64,000 nucleotides of DNA from Pachysolen tannophilus NRRL Y-2460 (GCA_001661245.1 KV454014.1:1321989-1385988); one strand, 5' to 3'; shown: positions 1 to 11,404, counted from the stretch's first letter. Notes: a model not told the origin generated them from the sequence alone. Numbers and translations: made by a program.

Positions 1-261
1 AGAGGGCTAATTATTATTGAAGTGAGTATTATAAGTGAAGGGAGGTTTTTTTTTTATATATTCAAGTGGTACGAAAAAAAAAAGTTTTTATAGAAAAGAA
101 GAAAAATTAGTTTCAGCGCTTAATTGATAGGTTAGAGAATCAAGTTTTTTTCTTTTTTTAATTCTTTTTTTTTTTTTTTTTTGATTGCTTGATTGATTGT
201 TTGATTGATTGATGGTTCAGGAATTGGTGGTGATTAAGGAGTAGACGTATATATAAGGATA

Positions 262-2487
262 ATGTCTGTTCAGCCGCAGACCGAAACACAGATATCTTTT
301 GTTCAAGCATCATATGATTCCGATTCTGAGATGAATTTGGATGATCAGATAACAATGACTGCTAATGGTGATGGGAATCAGAATGAGTCTGTTGAAAAAG
401 AATTGATTATGGATCTTGATGAAGATGAGAAGGGCGATGAGGATGAAGAAATCCTAGACATTGAAGAAGTTAAAGACCAAGAAGATGAAGCTTTGTCTGA
501 TATTTCTTCTATGACTCAAAGTAATAGCTACCACGAAGAAATTAGCGAGAATGAGGAGAATTATGATACAAGTAAAGATAACGATGAAGAGTTATTGGAT
601 TTTGTTGAAGAAGTACCAGGTGACCAATCGGTAGAAGCGAAAGAAGAAAATCAACAGGAAGGTCAATTAATTGATAATGATAAGAATCAAGAAGAAAAAA
701 TAACCGATACAATATCAGAAATTCAGACAAGTAATCCAAATCCAAATCTAGAATTGAATAAAGATGAGGCACAAAATGAACTGAATTCTGAATTCGGCCA
801 ATTAGAGGGAGACGACCAGAATAATGAAGTTTCAAAAGAGTTGGATGATATAACGGAAAATCAAGTAAAAATGGGGAGTAATAGCATGCATCGAGACCCA
901 GAATTTGAAAATCTGAGTGTAAACGAAGAGACTTCACAAACTCAAGAAGATTATAGTAATAACGAAAAAGAGAATGCTAGTGCCACAGATGATGAGATTT
1001 ACAACGAACAACTCGAAACTGAGGATAAAATAGAAAACAAGAACAAAAATGATAGACTGGGTGAGAATGATGATTCTGAAAAAGTTTTGAACAAGAATGA
1101 AAATGACAATGACCATGACAACGTACATGAGGACGAACACGAGGATGAACATGAGAACGTGCATGAGGGAGAATACGAAGAAAGACACGAAGATAACCAG
1201 CAGGATAATCATGAAGACGACCATGAAGACGACCATGAAGACGAATATGAGGTCAAAGAAGATGTGGAAAATGAGGAGGAGCACGATATTGAAGAGAAGA
1301 ATAGAGATGACCACGAAGGTGACCACGAAGACAGACTTGAGGTCGACCATGAGGTGGAAAATCAAGAGGAGCAAGATAATGAAGAGAAGAATAGAGATGA
1401 CCACGAAGGTGACCACGAAGACAGACTTGAGGTCGACCATGAGGTGGAAAATCAAGAGGAGCAAGATAATGAAGAGAAGAATAGAGATGACCACGAAGGT
1501 GACCACGAAGACGGACATGAGGTCGAACATGAGGTTGAAAATAAGGAGGAGCACGATATTGAAGAGAAGAATGGAGTCACGAGTGAACATGAAAGGGATG
1601 AAATACAGAAAGAGAATTTTGATGATAATAATCTGAACGTATCGCGAGAATCTGTAATAACTGAATTGGAAAAAAGCGAAGAAAAAAAACGAGAGGTGAC
1701 TGAAAACAAGGAGTACAATACTTCCGATTCCACTGTGGCTTCTATTGAAAATGAGATAGTTGACGAAGTGATAGATGATATTTTCAATAAAGGGGACTTG
1801 CCTTTAATTTTGGAAACTGAAACTAGCAGATGTCTCTTAATACAACCACCAGAATATTTTAACAAGGATGAGTTGACTTTACCTGTTCTTTATCAGGACA
1901 AGACAATTGCGGGTAAAACATTAGAAGCCATATTTAATTTGATAAGAGCTACTGAAGAAGTTTCTGGCGAATTTGAAACTGATAAGGAATTGGTATTAAC
2001 AGTTGATGCCTTAGATTTAAAAATTACTGAGGATAATATTTACTGTCATGATATAACTGTGCTGGATTTAATTCATTTGAAAAAAGATGCAAATAAGAAA
2101 AATTCACTGATGTTTAAAGGTAGAGCTGTGGATAATTTGGATAAGATTTCATTAACTTTAAAATTATCCACTCAAAGTAGGTTTATCACTCGATTCAATG
2201 ACTTATGTTCTTCAATAACTTCAGATTCTAAGATTGACGCTGAAGATAATGGAGAAAAGCCAAGTTCGAAAGAAGAAAGAGAAGGAAAAGAAGATGGAAA
2301 AGAAGTTGCAGAAGAAGAAGAAGAGGAAGATGATATTTTAGAGGAAATTGATAATGATGGTTCTTCTACGATCCAACAAAAAGAAGTTGCACAACCAGTG
2401 AGATCTAATAAGCGGGAACTTTATACTGATGATAATAACGATGGACCAGATCAAGAAAGAGGAGGTGTTAAGAAACAAAAAGCTTAG
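262..2487 (+). CDS. Acidic protein with a C-terminal DUF2420/Rmr1-like domain
   Basis: 741-aa ORF; very long D/E/H-rich N-terminal region; C-terminal block LDLKITEDNIYCHDIT...LSTQSRFITRFNDL resembles recalled Rmr1/DUF2420 proteins. Confidence 0.6.
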   Translation: MSVQPQTETQISFVQASYDSDSEMNLDDQITMTANGDGNQNESVEKELIMDLDEDEKGDEDEEILDIEEVKDQEDEALSDISSMTQSNSYHEEISENEENYDTSKDNDEELLDFVEEVPGDQSVEAKEENQQEGQLIDNDKNQEEKITDTISEIQTSNPNPNLELNKDEAQNELNSEFGQLEGDDQNNEVSKELDDITENQVKMGSNSMHRDPEFENLSVNEETSQTQEDYSNNEKENASATDDEIYNEQLETEDKIENKNKNDRLGENDDSEKVLNKNENDNDHDNVHEDEHEDEHENVHEGEYEERHEDNQQDNHEDDHEDDHEDEYEVKEDVENEEEHDIEEKNRDDHEGDHEDRLEVDHEVENQEEQDNEEKNRDDHEGDHEDRLEVDHEVENQEEQDNEEKNRDDHEGDHEDGHEVEHEVENKEEHDIEEKNGVTSEHERDEIQKENFDDNNLNVSRESVITELEKSEEKKREVTENKEYNTSDSTVASIENEIVDEVIDDIFNKGDLPLILETETSRCLLIQPPEYFNKDELTLPVLYQDKTIAGKTLEAIFNLIRATEEVSGEFETDKELVLTVDALDLKITEDNIYCHDITVLDLIHLKKDANKKNSLMFKGRAVDNLDKISLTLKLSTQSRFITRFNDLCSSITSDSKIDAEDNGEKPSSKEEREGKEDGKEVAEEEEEEDDILEEIDNDGSSTIQQKEVAQPVRSNKRELYTDDNNDGPDQERGGVKKQKA
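1250..1572 (+). repeat. 90-bp (30-aa) coding minisatellite, about 3.5 copies
   Basis: 1291-1380 and 1381-1470 are identical; 1471-1560 is diverged; unit EEKNRDDHEGDHEDRLEVDHEVENQEEQDN. Confidence 0.95.
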
Positions 2488-2772
2488 GCCAATATATACG
2501 TATATATATACATATATGTAAGTAGTAAGTAGTTGTATAGTTTTAACTTAAAATATACGTTACAGAAGATATATTCTCATATATATATGAGGTTTAGGTA
2601 TACAAGAACAAGTACAAAATATCAAATTTAGTTTTTTTTTCATATATTAAAATTTATTTCCCTTTTAATCTCAAATGAAACCAACACTAAACAAAACGTT
2701 ACAAAAAATAATAAAAATTTAAGAAAAAAATAAAAATTTTTTCCTCTTTTCTAATTATTGGTTATTATGATT

Positions 2773-3279
2773 TTAGTTTGTAGCAACAGTTCCTTCAGCA
2801 GCTTTTTCAACTTCTTCAGCTTTTTCAGTTAAGATTAATTCAATGTGACATGGAGATGATTCGTAAGCATTGATTCTACCGTGGGCTCTGTAAGTTCTTC
2901 TTCTTTGTTTTGGAGCTTGGTTAACTTGAATATGAGAAACAACTAATTTTGATGTATCTAAACCTTTTGCATCAGCATTTGATTCAGCATTTCTCAACAA
3001 ATCTTGGATGAATTTAACAGACTTAACTGGCCATCTAGCTTTGGTAACACCAAATTCTTTACCTTGGGCAGTTCTACCAATTGAAGAGTTGAAACGACGG
3101 AATGGAATTGCTCTTTCATGGTTAACAACTTGGTCCAAATATTGTTGAGCTTTTTTCAAGTTCCAACCGTTAATAGATTGAGCAGCTTCTCTGGTGTTCT
3201 TGAAAGAAACACGCAAGTATGAGCCACGAGCTGAAGCTGAACGAGCTGGGTTTGATGGAGTAGCACCGTATCTAGTCAT
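2773..3279 (-). CDS. RPL17: 60S ribosomal protein L17 (uL22), intronless
   Basis: [32 protein letters not shown] and [12 protein letters not shown] motifs. Confidence 0.97.
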   Translation of the reverse strand: MTRYGATPSNPARSASARGSYLRVSFKNTREAAQSINGWNLKKAQQYLDQVVNHERAIPFRRFNSSIGRTAQGKEFGVTKARWPVKSVKFIQDLLRNAESNADAKGLDTSKLVVSHIQVNQAPKQRRRTYRAHGRINAYESSPCHIELILTEKAEEVEKAAEGTVATN

Positions 3280-3440
3280 TTCTTATGCTTTTTAATATAA
3301 ACTTGAATAATTCGAAAAGACAAATTAAACTATATTATTTTTATTATAGTATTAAAATATTGGTGATAATTTTTTTTCCTATTTTTTCTTTTTCTTGTTT
3401 TTTTTTCTTTAATTTTTTTTTTTCACTTTTAATTACACGT

Positions 3441-3527
3441 TGAAAAATTTGAAAAAGGTTAAAAAATAAAAAATTATAAGAAAATCTGCCAAATCATTAA
3501 ATATTCCCAAACGGGAAATTAGGGTTT
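3441..3527. promoter_or_regulatory. RPL17 upstream elements: RRPE-like, Mcm1-like and Tbf1-like sites
   Basis: TGAAAAATTT 3441-3450; TTCCCAAACGGGAAA 3504-3518; TTAGGGTTT 3519-3527. Confidence 0.5.
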
Positions 3528-4176
3528 TCTTACATTGTGACCGTCAAAAAAAAGTTGTTTATTTTATAAAAAATCTGTTATGGTGTCAGGATGTTAGATA
3601 AGAACAAATTGTAAAAAAAAAAATCAAAAAAAATTCAAAAAAAAAAACGATTTTTTGGGGGCTTTCGGGAATTATATAAAATTCCCGAAAAAAAAATCTG
3701 TACTTTCCGCATGAAGCAAATTGTCATTCAGGAGAACGACTTTTGTTATTTCTTCATTTCAATTCAAGCAAAACGAAATTAAAGAGAATAAATATTTCCA
3801 ATTTACCGCCTTTACTATACTATATTATTATATTTTTTTTTTCAATATTCAAAAAAAAAACCAACCAATTCTTTTCCAAGTTGTTTCGTTTTTGCCCTCT
3901 TTATCTTGCTGTATTCTTTCTTTTAATCTTTAATGTTTTCAAAGTATTTTCTATCGGAGTAGATTTGATCTGTGGAACACTACTATTTGTAATTAAGTAT
4001 TTTTTTTTTAAAATTTCAAAGAGTTGTGTAAAGGCGATATAATATGTAAGTTAGTAAAAGAAGGTAAATAACTAGATATGTTTTATATACAATAAAAATA
4101 AGAGAGTATAATAATATATTACAATTAGCATATGATTTTAGTGGGAATTTTTTTATAAAGTAATTAAAAGTTTTAA

Positions 4177-5066
4177 ATGATGATGATTAATAAGAGTAAT
4201 TTTGCAATTCTTCATTTTGTTTTTTAATTTTTTTTATGAAGTTAACATTTGCAATTGATGTTGCTCATGACCTGTTATCAGATTATAAAATTGGACAATT
4301 AATAGGTATTTATGAATTATCATCAATAAGAGATACTCCACCATCGGTAACGAATTTAACATGGGTATTAAATATATATGATTCAAAAGCTGATAAAAGT
4401 TCGAGTAAATTAAAAGTTGAAAATTGTCCTGAAAATGCTCAATTATGTGGTCTTACAACTGTATCTTTACCTGGAAAAGATGCAATATTAACTGAAATTA
4501 TTTCATTTCCAAATAATTTAAAATTTAATACTAGAGTAGAAGAAAATATTGATTATTTTCAAAGAGGTATGAATGATTCAGATTTTTTAGAAATTGAAAT
4601 TGAAGGTGCAAATTGGGGGAAAAATTCAATAAATGCTCATTTAAAATTTATATGTGATAAATCTTCTAATAATAAATTAGGATTAAATATAAATGGGTTA
4701 ACTTTCCAAGGATGGAATGGGTATGATTTATATACCGAATGGGTTACAACAGCGGCATGTGCCGGTACAGAAGGTTCGAATCCTTCAAAACCTCCTCCAA
4801 AACAAAATCATGGTGAAAATGGTAATGATGATTCATCTCATTGGGGGTGGTTCACGTGGTTATTCATATTCATGGTATTATTATTTGCTGCCTATGTTAT
4901 CGGTAATGCTTGGATAAATGCTAATAGTAGTAGTGGGAATGAATTTTTAAATGAATTAATTGATTCATTTATTGATATTCTTCATAGAATACCAAGTTTT
5001 TTACAAGAAATATGGAATAAAATATTTGGAAGTAGTAGTGAAAGAGGTGGTTATAGTGCTGTTTAA
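4177..5066 (+). CDS. ATG27: Atg27-like type I membrane protein (M6PR-like); signal peptide interrupted by a probable 1-nt homopolymer deletion near 4220-4225
   Basis: TPPSVTNLTWVLNI, CPENAQLCG, WVTTAAC, TM segment WGWFTWLFIFMVLLFAAYVIG and C-terminal RGGYSAV (YxxPhi); main ORF 4236-5066. Confidence 0.85.
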
Positions 5067-5202
5067 TATTAAAAAATAATAATTTTTTAAAATTATTTGT
5101 GTGTTATATATATATATATATATATATACATATATAAGTATAAATAAGAAAATAATAAAAAAAGCAAAATTAATTTTATGGAATTATTTCTTTATATAAT
5201 TT

Positions 5203-5658
5203 TTAATCTTTTTGTGGAGCCAAATATTTTTTCATATTATCAAATGTTACATTTAATGAAGTTTCTAAATAATGTTTTTTCTTTGTTAAAGCATTAACTT
5301 GTTCATCTATTATCTTTTTCTCATTATTTAATTTATCATTATAAGTATTTAAATCAGTTTTGAAAAACATCTTCCCACAATTTTCCCAAACATATTGAGG
5401 TTTATCATCTGTTAATTCTTTTATAGTTAAATCTGCTATTTTCAAATTCGTTAATTGTCTTTGTAATTGTAAATCAGTTATCGATAATTCTGATTTATTT
5501 TTTTGTAATTGATTATCCATCTCAATCAATGTCTAAATAAAATTACATAGATAGCTATAGTTAATACATGAGCGGTAAACAAATAAAAAAAAAAACACAA
5601 AAAGCGCTTAATATCAAATCAAACTTACTTTTCTAAGAGCTACTTCTGGAATTGACAT
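5203..5658 (-). CDS. PFD1: Prefoldin subunit 1; exons 5658-5629 and 5532-5203 (119 aa)
   Basis: Exon 1 MSIPEVALRK; donor GTAAGT at 5628; branch TATTAAC 5566-5560; TAG acceptor at 5533; coiled coil-VWENCGKMFF-coiled coil beta-prefoldin layout. Confidence 0.85.
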
Positions 5659-6236
5659 CTTGGTATTCGGGCTTTGCTTTAATATTCTTTTAGTGATAAT
5701 GATAATTCAGTTAATAAAATATATATATATGTAGCGCGCTCAGATTTGTATAATAAATTCTTTCTTCTTCTTTTAGAAGTTTGCTCGGGATTGCACTACC
5801 CTTTGGGGTTTTTTTTGCACTTTTAACACACTACTTTATTTCGGAAAAAAATAAACAAAATGGAATTAAAATACACTACCATTAAAGCTTTCCCAATAGG
5901 GAGTGTTTAGTTTTTGGATACACGACTGCGAGGCAGTAGTGCAGACGAAATTAAATAATCTTAAAAGAGAAAAAAAAAATTTAAATTTCCGTGTTTGGAA
6001 ATTGAGTTGTCAGAACACGATCTTTATTTTTTAATTGATTTTTTGTTTTTTTAAATAAATAAAAATTGAGTGTAAATGAAATTCGTTAGCAAATAAATAC
6101 TAAGGAAATAAATAATAATGATAAAGTTGTAATTGATCAATTTGTAAATATATTTTTAAGAAGAAAAAAAAGAGTTGAGGAAAGTTTTTTTGTTTATAAA
6201 ATATTTTTGGAAAAGATTTAAGTTTACAAAGTTTTA

Positions 6237-7535
6237 ATGATGAAGGAGAAAAATGGAGATCTTAGACCTAGAGCTTCATCAAGTTTACCAGTTCCAGTTA
6301 ATTTTAATAGTTTTAGAAAACAAAATAAAAAATCATTATTAATATTAGTATTAATATTATTTTTATTAAATTTTGTAACTTCAAAATTTTTAAATCTTAG
6401 GCTTTTCCCCTTTTTAAGTTATTATTCCAAGAAATCTTCAATTTCAAATTTATTATATACAAATCCACAATTATTATCAGAACATGGACTTTCAAGATCA
6501 GAAATTGAAGTTACATCACCATTAATTTTTCCAAGTGTTGAAAATGCTCCATTATTAAGAGAATTAACTTTAAAGAATTTATTTAAATCTAAAATTGATC
6601 CAAAGACACAAAAATCAGTTTTTTTATATGATGATGAAGAAGAAATTAATTCTGAAAATGAAATAAAAGAATCTCCTTCAGATTATGATACAAGTAATCC
6701 ACTTATAAAAGCTAAAAAAAATTTTAAAGAACAAGGTAGAAGAATTTTACAAAAAAATTTAAAAAATTCTCCAGAATTAGTTATAGTTACAGGTTTAGAT
6801 TTTGAAAATTATGAATTAACTTACCTAACTAGAGTTGCTCAAAATAGAGTTGATTATGCTCAAAAACAAAATTATGGAGTTTATATAAGATGGTTACAAG
6901 AATTTATTCCAATAATGCAAGATACAGAAAGTGATACAAGATGGATTAAATTATTTTTAGTAAGAGCTGCAATGCATGCTTTCCCAGATGCTAAATATTT
7001 TTGGTATTTAGATCAAGATACTTTAATTATGAATCAAGATATTGATTTAATCTCATATATATTGACTCCAGATGCTTTGGATCCAATTATTATTAAAGAA
7101 CAACCAATTATTCCTCAAAATGGATTAATTAAAACATATAAAAATTCTAGACTGGAAAATGTTAGGTTAATATTAACTCAAACAGATACAAAAATAGATT
7201 CTTCATCATTTATTATAGTTAATGATGTATACGGTAAGAGTTTATTAGAATTTTGGTCTGATCCATTGTTTAGAACATATACAAATTTCCCATATTTTGA
7301 AGAAAGTGCAATAACACATATCTTACAATGGCATCCTGTGTTATTAAGTAAAACTGCAATCATACCAATAAAGACAATAAATTCTGTACATTCAGCTTTA
7401 GAAATTAAAGATCAAACGGATACATTACATTATACAGATAAGGATTTGGTTGTTAATTTTAGAGGTTGTAGTGATCAAAAGAACTGTGATGAAATACAGA
7501 ACGAATATTGGAATATTTTAAAGAATAAAAACTGA
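6237..7535 (+). CDS. MNN11: GT34 alpha-1,6-mannosyltransferase (mannan polymerase II subunit), Mnn11-like
   Basis: Type II signal anchor; QNRVDYAQKQNYG, RAAMHAFPDAKYFWYLDQD and HILQWHP motifs. Confidence 0.8.
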   Translation: MMKEKNGDLRPRASSSLPVPVNFNSFRKQNKKSLLILVLILFLLNFVTSKFLNLRLFPFLSYYSKKSSISNLLYTNPQLLSEHGLSRSEIEVTSPLIFPSVENAPLLRELTLKNLFKSKIDPKTQKSVFLYDDEEEINSENEIKESPSDYDTSNPLIKAKKNFKEQGRRILQKNLKNSPELVIVTGLDFENYELTYLTRVAQNRVDYAQKQNYGVYIRWLQEFIPIMQDTESDTRWIKLFLVRAAMHAFPDAKYFWYLDQDTLIMNQDIDLISYILTPDALDPIIIKEQPIIPQNGLIKTYKNSRLENVRLILTQTDTKIDSSSFIIVNDVYGKSLLEFWSDPLFRTYTNFPYFEESAITHILQWHPVLLSKTAIIPIKTINSVHSALEIKDQTDTLHYTDKDLVVNFRGCSDQKNCDEIQNEYWNILKNKN

Positions 7536-7558
7536 TTAAAAATATAAAGGTAAAAATA

Positions 7559-7603
<45 letters not shown>

Positions 7604-7646
7604 AATATATATATATAATTATTTATTTTTTATTTATTATTATTAT

Positions 7647-7955
7647 NNNNNNNNNNNNNNNNNNNNNNNNNNNNNNNNNNNNNNNNNNNNNNNNNNNNNN
7701 NNNNNNNNNNNNNNNNNNNNNNNNNNNNNNNNNNNNNNNNNNNNNNNNNNNNNNNNNNNNNNNNNNNNNNNNNNNNNNNNNNNNNNNNNNNNNNNNNNNN
7801 NNNNNNNNNNNNNNNNNNNNNNNNNNNNNNNNNNNNNNNNNNNNNNNNNNNNNNNNNNNNNNNNNNNNNNNNNNNNNNNNNNNNNNNNNNNNNNNNNNNN
7901 NNNNNNNNNNNNNNNNNNNNNNNNNNNNNNNNNNNNNNNNNNNNNNNNNNNNNNN
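7647..7955. other. Assembly gap (others at 12439-12734, 15513-15880, 17541-17953, 53899-54261)
   Basis: N runs flanked by poly-A/T or (AT)n tracts. Confidence 0.99.
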
Positions 7956-7963
7956 ATAAAGTA

Positions 7964-8013
<50 letters not shown>

Positions 8014-8163
8014 TGACATATTATATAATTACAAAATTAGTTTATTTTTTTTTTTTATTATTATAATTTATTGATTGAATTGAGATTTATTCTTGATGTT
8101 TCAAAGTTTCATAATACTGTAAATCAAAAAATGATAATTTTTTTAAAAAAGATTGTGTTAATT

Positions 8164-9312
8164 TCATCTCTCAGACTCAATATCTTTAGCTCCACCGACT
8201 CTTTCTTCCAATACTTTCAAAGCAAGTTGTCTTCTTCTTTCTGCAGCACTATTTGCAGAATTATTTCCTGAATTTCCGCCTCCAACACCTAGCACACTTA
8301 TTCTCTTGATAGCTCTTAAATTTCCAGTCTCAACTTCATCTGCATTAAAATTATGCACTAATCCCAAGGTACTGAATATTTTATACAAGAAATCGATTAC
8401 TGGCCTGAGATATGGTTTCAAAAAATCAGGGAAAAATTGTATAAAAGCAAAAGTATCCGAAGCATCGCCTCTTATTCTTCTTTCACTAGCAGTGGTAATT
8501 GGATTAGAACCACCACCATTGGCATTTCCACTTGCATTACTGCTACTGGTCATAGTTGGTAGTATTGGTTCATTATTCAAATTAGTTGATTGAATAAATC
8601 TTAAATAATACCAAGCAATGAAAAAATTATTCGTTATGGGGAAAAATGGTGTTAAAGATTTAAATACAATTGACAGTAATGCTGACAAGGTCAAGATTAA
8701 AAATGCCAATTGTTTAACTCTAAATTGTATCTTTCCTTTAAAAAATTTCAAATCATGTTCTGGTGAAAATTGTTTCAATACAACAATAAATGACATCAAA
8801 ATGGATAAAATACCATGTTTAATAGGCCTAGATAATAAAACACTTTTATCCTGAACAAATGAAGCTATTACAATATAATTTAAAACCGTAGTAAAATTTG
8901 TTAAGATACCAGTGATGGATAAATAAACCACTGTTTCTGAACCAAAAAGTGTTGAAGGTTTCTCCTCAATATTAACATTATTATTATTGTTGTAATTCCA
9001 AGATTTTTCACAATATCTGACACCATAATACAAGATAAATAAACCAGCCAGGTATTGGAAAACATTTGATTCTGTATAAGTAGCCGATAGAAAGACCCAT
9101 GGATTATATACCACAGATGTTGGAATCAATTCCATTGAAGGGATAACAACTTCCTCAACATTCAGTTCTGGATTTTCTGCTAACAAGCCCTTAACCTTTT
9201 TAACTTTAAATATAAATAAAGCTGTTGATAAAATTATATAAGTTGCAAGATATAACTTGACTATACCATTTGACCTAATTGATAGTCTGTTAAAGAATAA
9301 TATCGCCGGCAT
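8164..9312 (-). CDS. TMEM115/DUF1751 (YOL107W-like) rhomboid-like Golgi membrane protein
   Basis: Several TM segments; RGDASDTFAFIQFFP and C-terminal AERRRQLALKVLEER; first ATG at 9312. Confidence 0.85.
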   Translation of the reverse strand: MPAILFFNRLSIRSNGIVKLYLATYIILSTALFIFKVKKVKGLLAENPELNVEEVVIPSMELIPTSVVYNPWVFLSATYTESNVFQYLAGLFILYYGVRYCEKSWNYNNNNNVNIEEKPSTLFGSETVVYLSITGILTNFTTVLNYIVIASFVQDKSVLLSRPIKHGILSILMSFIVVLKQFSPEHDLKFFKGKIQFRVKQLAFLILTLSALLSIVFKSLTPFFPITNNFFIAWYYLRFIQSTNLNNEPILPTMTSSSNASGNANGGGSNPITTASERRIRGDASDTFAFIQFFPDFLKPYLRPVIDFLYKIFSTLGLVHNFNADEVETGNLRAIKRISVLGVGGGNSGNNSANSAAERRRQLALKVLEERVGGAKDIESER

Positions 9313-9446
9313 CGTCAATCTTTAAAAATGATGAATTGCAGTGTTTATTTTAAAAAATATATATATATATATACATCAATATAAAATAATGCTTGTTTTA
9401 AATTTTCGCTTTACTTCCTATTTTATAACAGATTCTAAATGAAGAT

Positions 9447-9816
9447 ATGACCGACAACAACAACACCGACAACAACACCAACAAGAAACAGTTTCTTTCT
9501 GAAGATGTTAAGAAACATAATCATAATGAGAGTGAACAGAGAAGAAGAGAACAGTTAAGATCGACTTATGACAAACTTGTGGAGTTGATACCAAGTTTGA
9601 GTTTTGAAGAGAGCAGGTCAGAATTAGCTATATTGAATAAATGTGAGTTTTATTATTTAACAGCAAATATTTTAGAGTTATCGAGTGATAAGTGATTAGT
9701 TTACTAACGAATCTAGTTCAGCTGTTAATTATATTAAACAACTTCGGAAGGAACATGATGAATTATTACAAAAATCAAAAGAAAAAGGTATTGATGTTGA
9801 AAGTTTGCTTAAATAA
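9447..9816 (+). CDS. INO4: Small bHLH factor, Ino4-like; exons 9447-9642 and 9722-9816 (96 aa)
   Basis: KKHNHNESEQRRR basic region, SRSELAILNK; donor GTGAGT 9643, TACTAAC 9702-9708, CAG acceptor 9721; splicing restores helix 2 SVNYIKQLRKEHDELL. Confidence 0.75.
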
Positions 9817-9901
9817 AAAATGTATTACAATTACTATATAAATAATAAATAATGAATATATATATAAATAGAATGTATATTGACAAAGTTCAATTATGAA
9901 A

Positions 9902-11404
9902 TTATTCAATTATATCTTCAGGCCAGTATTCTGGAACAAAGATTCTGACAAACAGTTTTTTTTCAGAGTTATCTTTTATATTTAATTCAAAATCGAAAAA
10001 ATTTGTTCTTTCTTTATCAGATTCCAGCAGTTTTTTGTTAATTTTTTGTAAAAAAGCTAAATTAACAACAGCAAAACCTATATTATCATTTTGTTTAAAG
10101 ATTTTACCAATAACGTTTAATTTCCTTTGTGGAGTTTCCTTTTTCCTTTTAATAGTACTACCAAATGGTGATGCCAGAGTAGATTTTCCAACAATAGCTA
10201 CATCATTTGTTATGATTTCACCACCATCAATTAAATTTTCATTTTTTAAATATTCAACTACTGGTGAATTTTTGTTGTATTGAATTTCATCTGAAACTTC
10301 ATCTTCAGAAATAAATAATTGGAATGGCATAATTCTTTTTCTTATAATACCATTAAAATAAGTTCTAATGGTCAATTCTTGACCCACATAACATCCTTTA
10401 TCATAACTAATTCCATTTGTTAAATCAATATTGCTTTCAAATGGTAATGTTTCCTCATTGGGTTTAAGATCTGATACTTCTGGTATTCCTTTAATATTTC
10501 TTCTAATATCATAAATTTCTGTTGGTTGTAAAATCACTTTTTCATTTATATATGATAAAAAATCATTTGAAAATAATTTTTGTACTTGATTTTCTTCTTT
10601 AATAGTATTTGTAATTGAAGAAGTTATAAATTTTATTCCTGTTAAAGGAGCTCTATTATCAATTGCAAAACTAAGTAATTGTAAATTTTTAGGGAAAAGT
10701 AATTCATTATTTATAAAATTTCCAACTAATTTATTAGCATAAGAAATATCTCTAGAAATTGTATTATTAAAATAATTTTGTTCAATTACTTCAAGAAATT
10801 TTAAAAAATTTTCATTTTCATTAAAATAATACCAATTATTTGTAGTTTGTTGTTGTAATTTAATTATATTCACTTTTGAAGAAAGTTTATGTACTTTTAA
10901 CATCATGAAAATTTTATTTAAAAATGAATTATTTATTTCTAATAAATAACTTGGTTGTTTTAATAATTCTATTGTAGAAATTTTATTATCATTTAATTTT
11001 AAATCTTGACTAGAAACGTTAAATGGTAAAGGATATATAAATAAATCTGTCACAACTCTACCTTTACTATTCAATATCATTGAATTAATTCCATCTCTTC
11101 TAATACCAATTTTTGCAGGATCACTTTCTTCACTTATAAATGAATCTTCATTAATAATACCCCAATTTTCAGTAGTTAATTGATCTTCAGTTAATTCCAA
11201 CTTGTTTTTATCTTTATCTTCATCATCAGGAGAAATTGTGTATTCATTCTTCTTGACAAATGTTGGTAACAATTTAGAAGTTGTTAATCCATTCAAGAAA
11301 TATGGAGCATCTTTACCAGTAACTAAAATTAATGATTTCAAAGGGTTTAAATTTATTAAACCAGACCGTGGCAATATTTGAGAATATAATCTCTTGAATA
11401 ACAT
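9902..11404 (-). CDS. IBA57: Mitochondrial Fe-S assembly factor Iba57/Caf17
   Basis: Presequence MLFKRLYS; GKDAPYFLNGL, LNSKGRV and KGCYVGQELTIRT motifs. Confidence 0.93.
   Translation of the reverse strand: MLFKRLYSQILPRSGLINLNPLKSLILVTGKDAPYFLNGLTTSKLLPTFVKKNEYTISPDDEDKDKNKLELTEDQLTTENWGIINEDSFISEESDPAKIGIRRDGINSMILNSKGRVVTDLFIYPLPFNVSSQDLKLNDNKISTIELLKQPSYLLEINNSFLNKIFMMLKVHKLSSKVNIIKLQQQTTNNWYYFNENENFLKFLEVIEQNYFNNTISRDISYANKLVGNFINNELLFPKNLQLLSFAIDNRAPLTGIKFITSSITNTIKEENQVQKLFSNDFLSYINEKVILQPTEIYDIRRNIKGIPEVSDLKPNEETLPFESNIDLTNGISYDKGCYVGQELTIRTYFNGIIRKRIMPFQLFISEDEVSDEIQYNKNSPVVEYLKNENLIDGGEIITNDVAIVGKSTLASPFGSTIKRKKETPQRKLNVIGKIFKQNDNIGFAVVNLAFLQKINKKLLESDKERTNFFDFELNIKDNSEKKLFVRIFVPEYWPEDIIE

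Noticed and set aside
934..1865. Hydrophobic and Thr/Met-rich overlapping ORFs
   Set aside because: Alternative-frame and antisense products of the acidic minisatellite
7630..8019. ORFs spanning N runs (also 12373, 15461, 17524, 53849, 53871)
   Set aside because: Artefacts of assembly gaps
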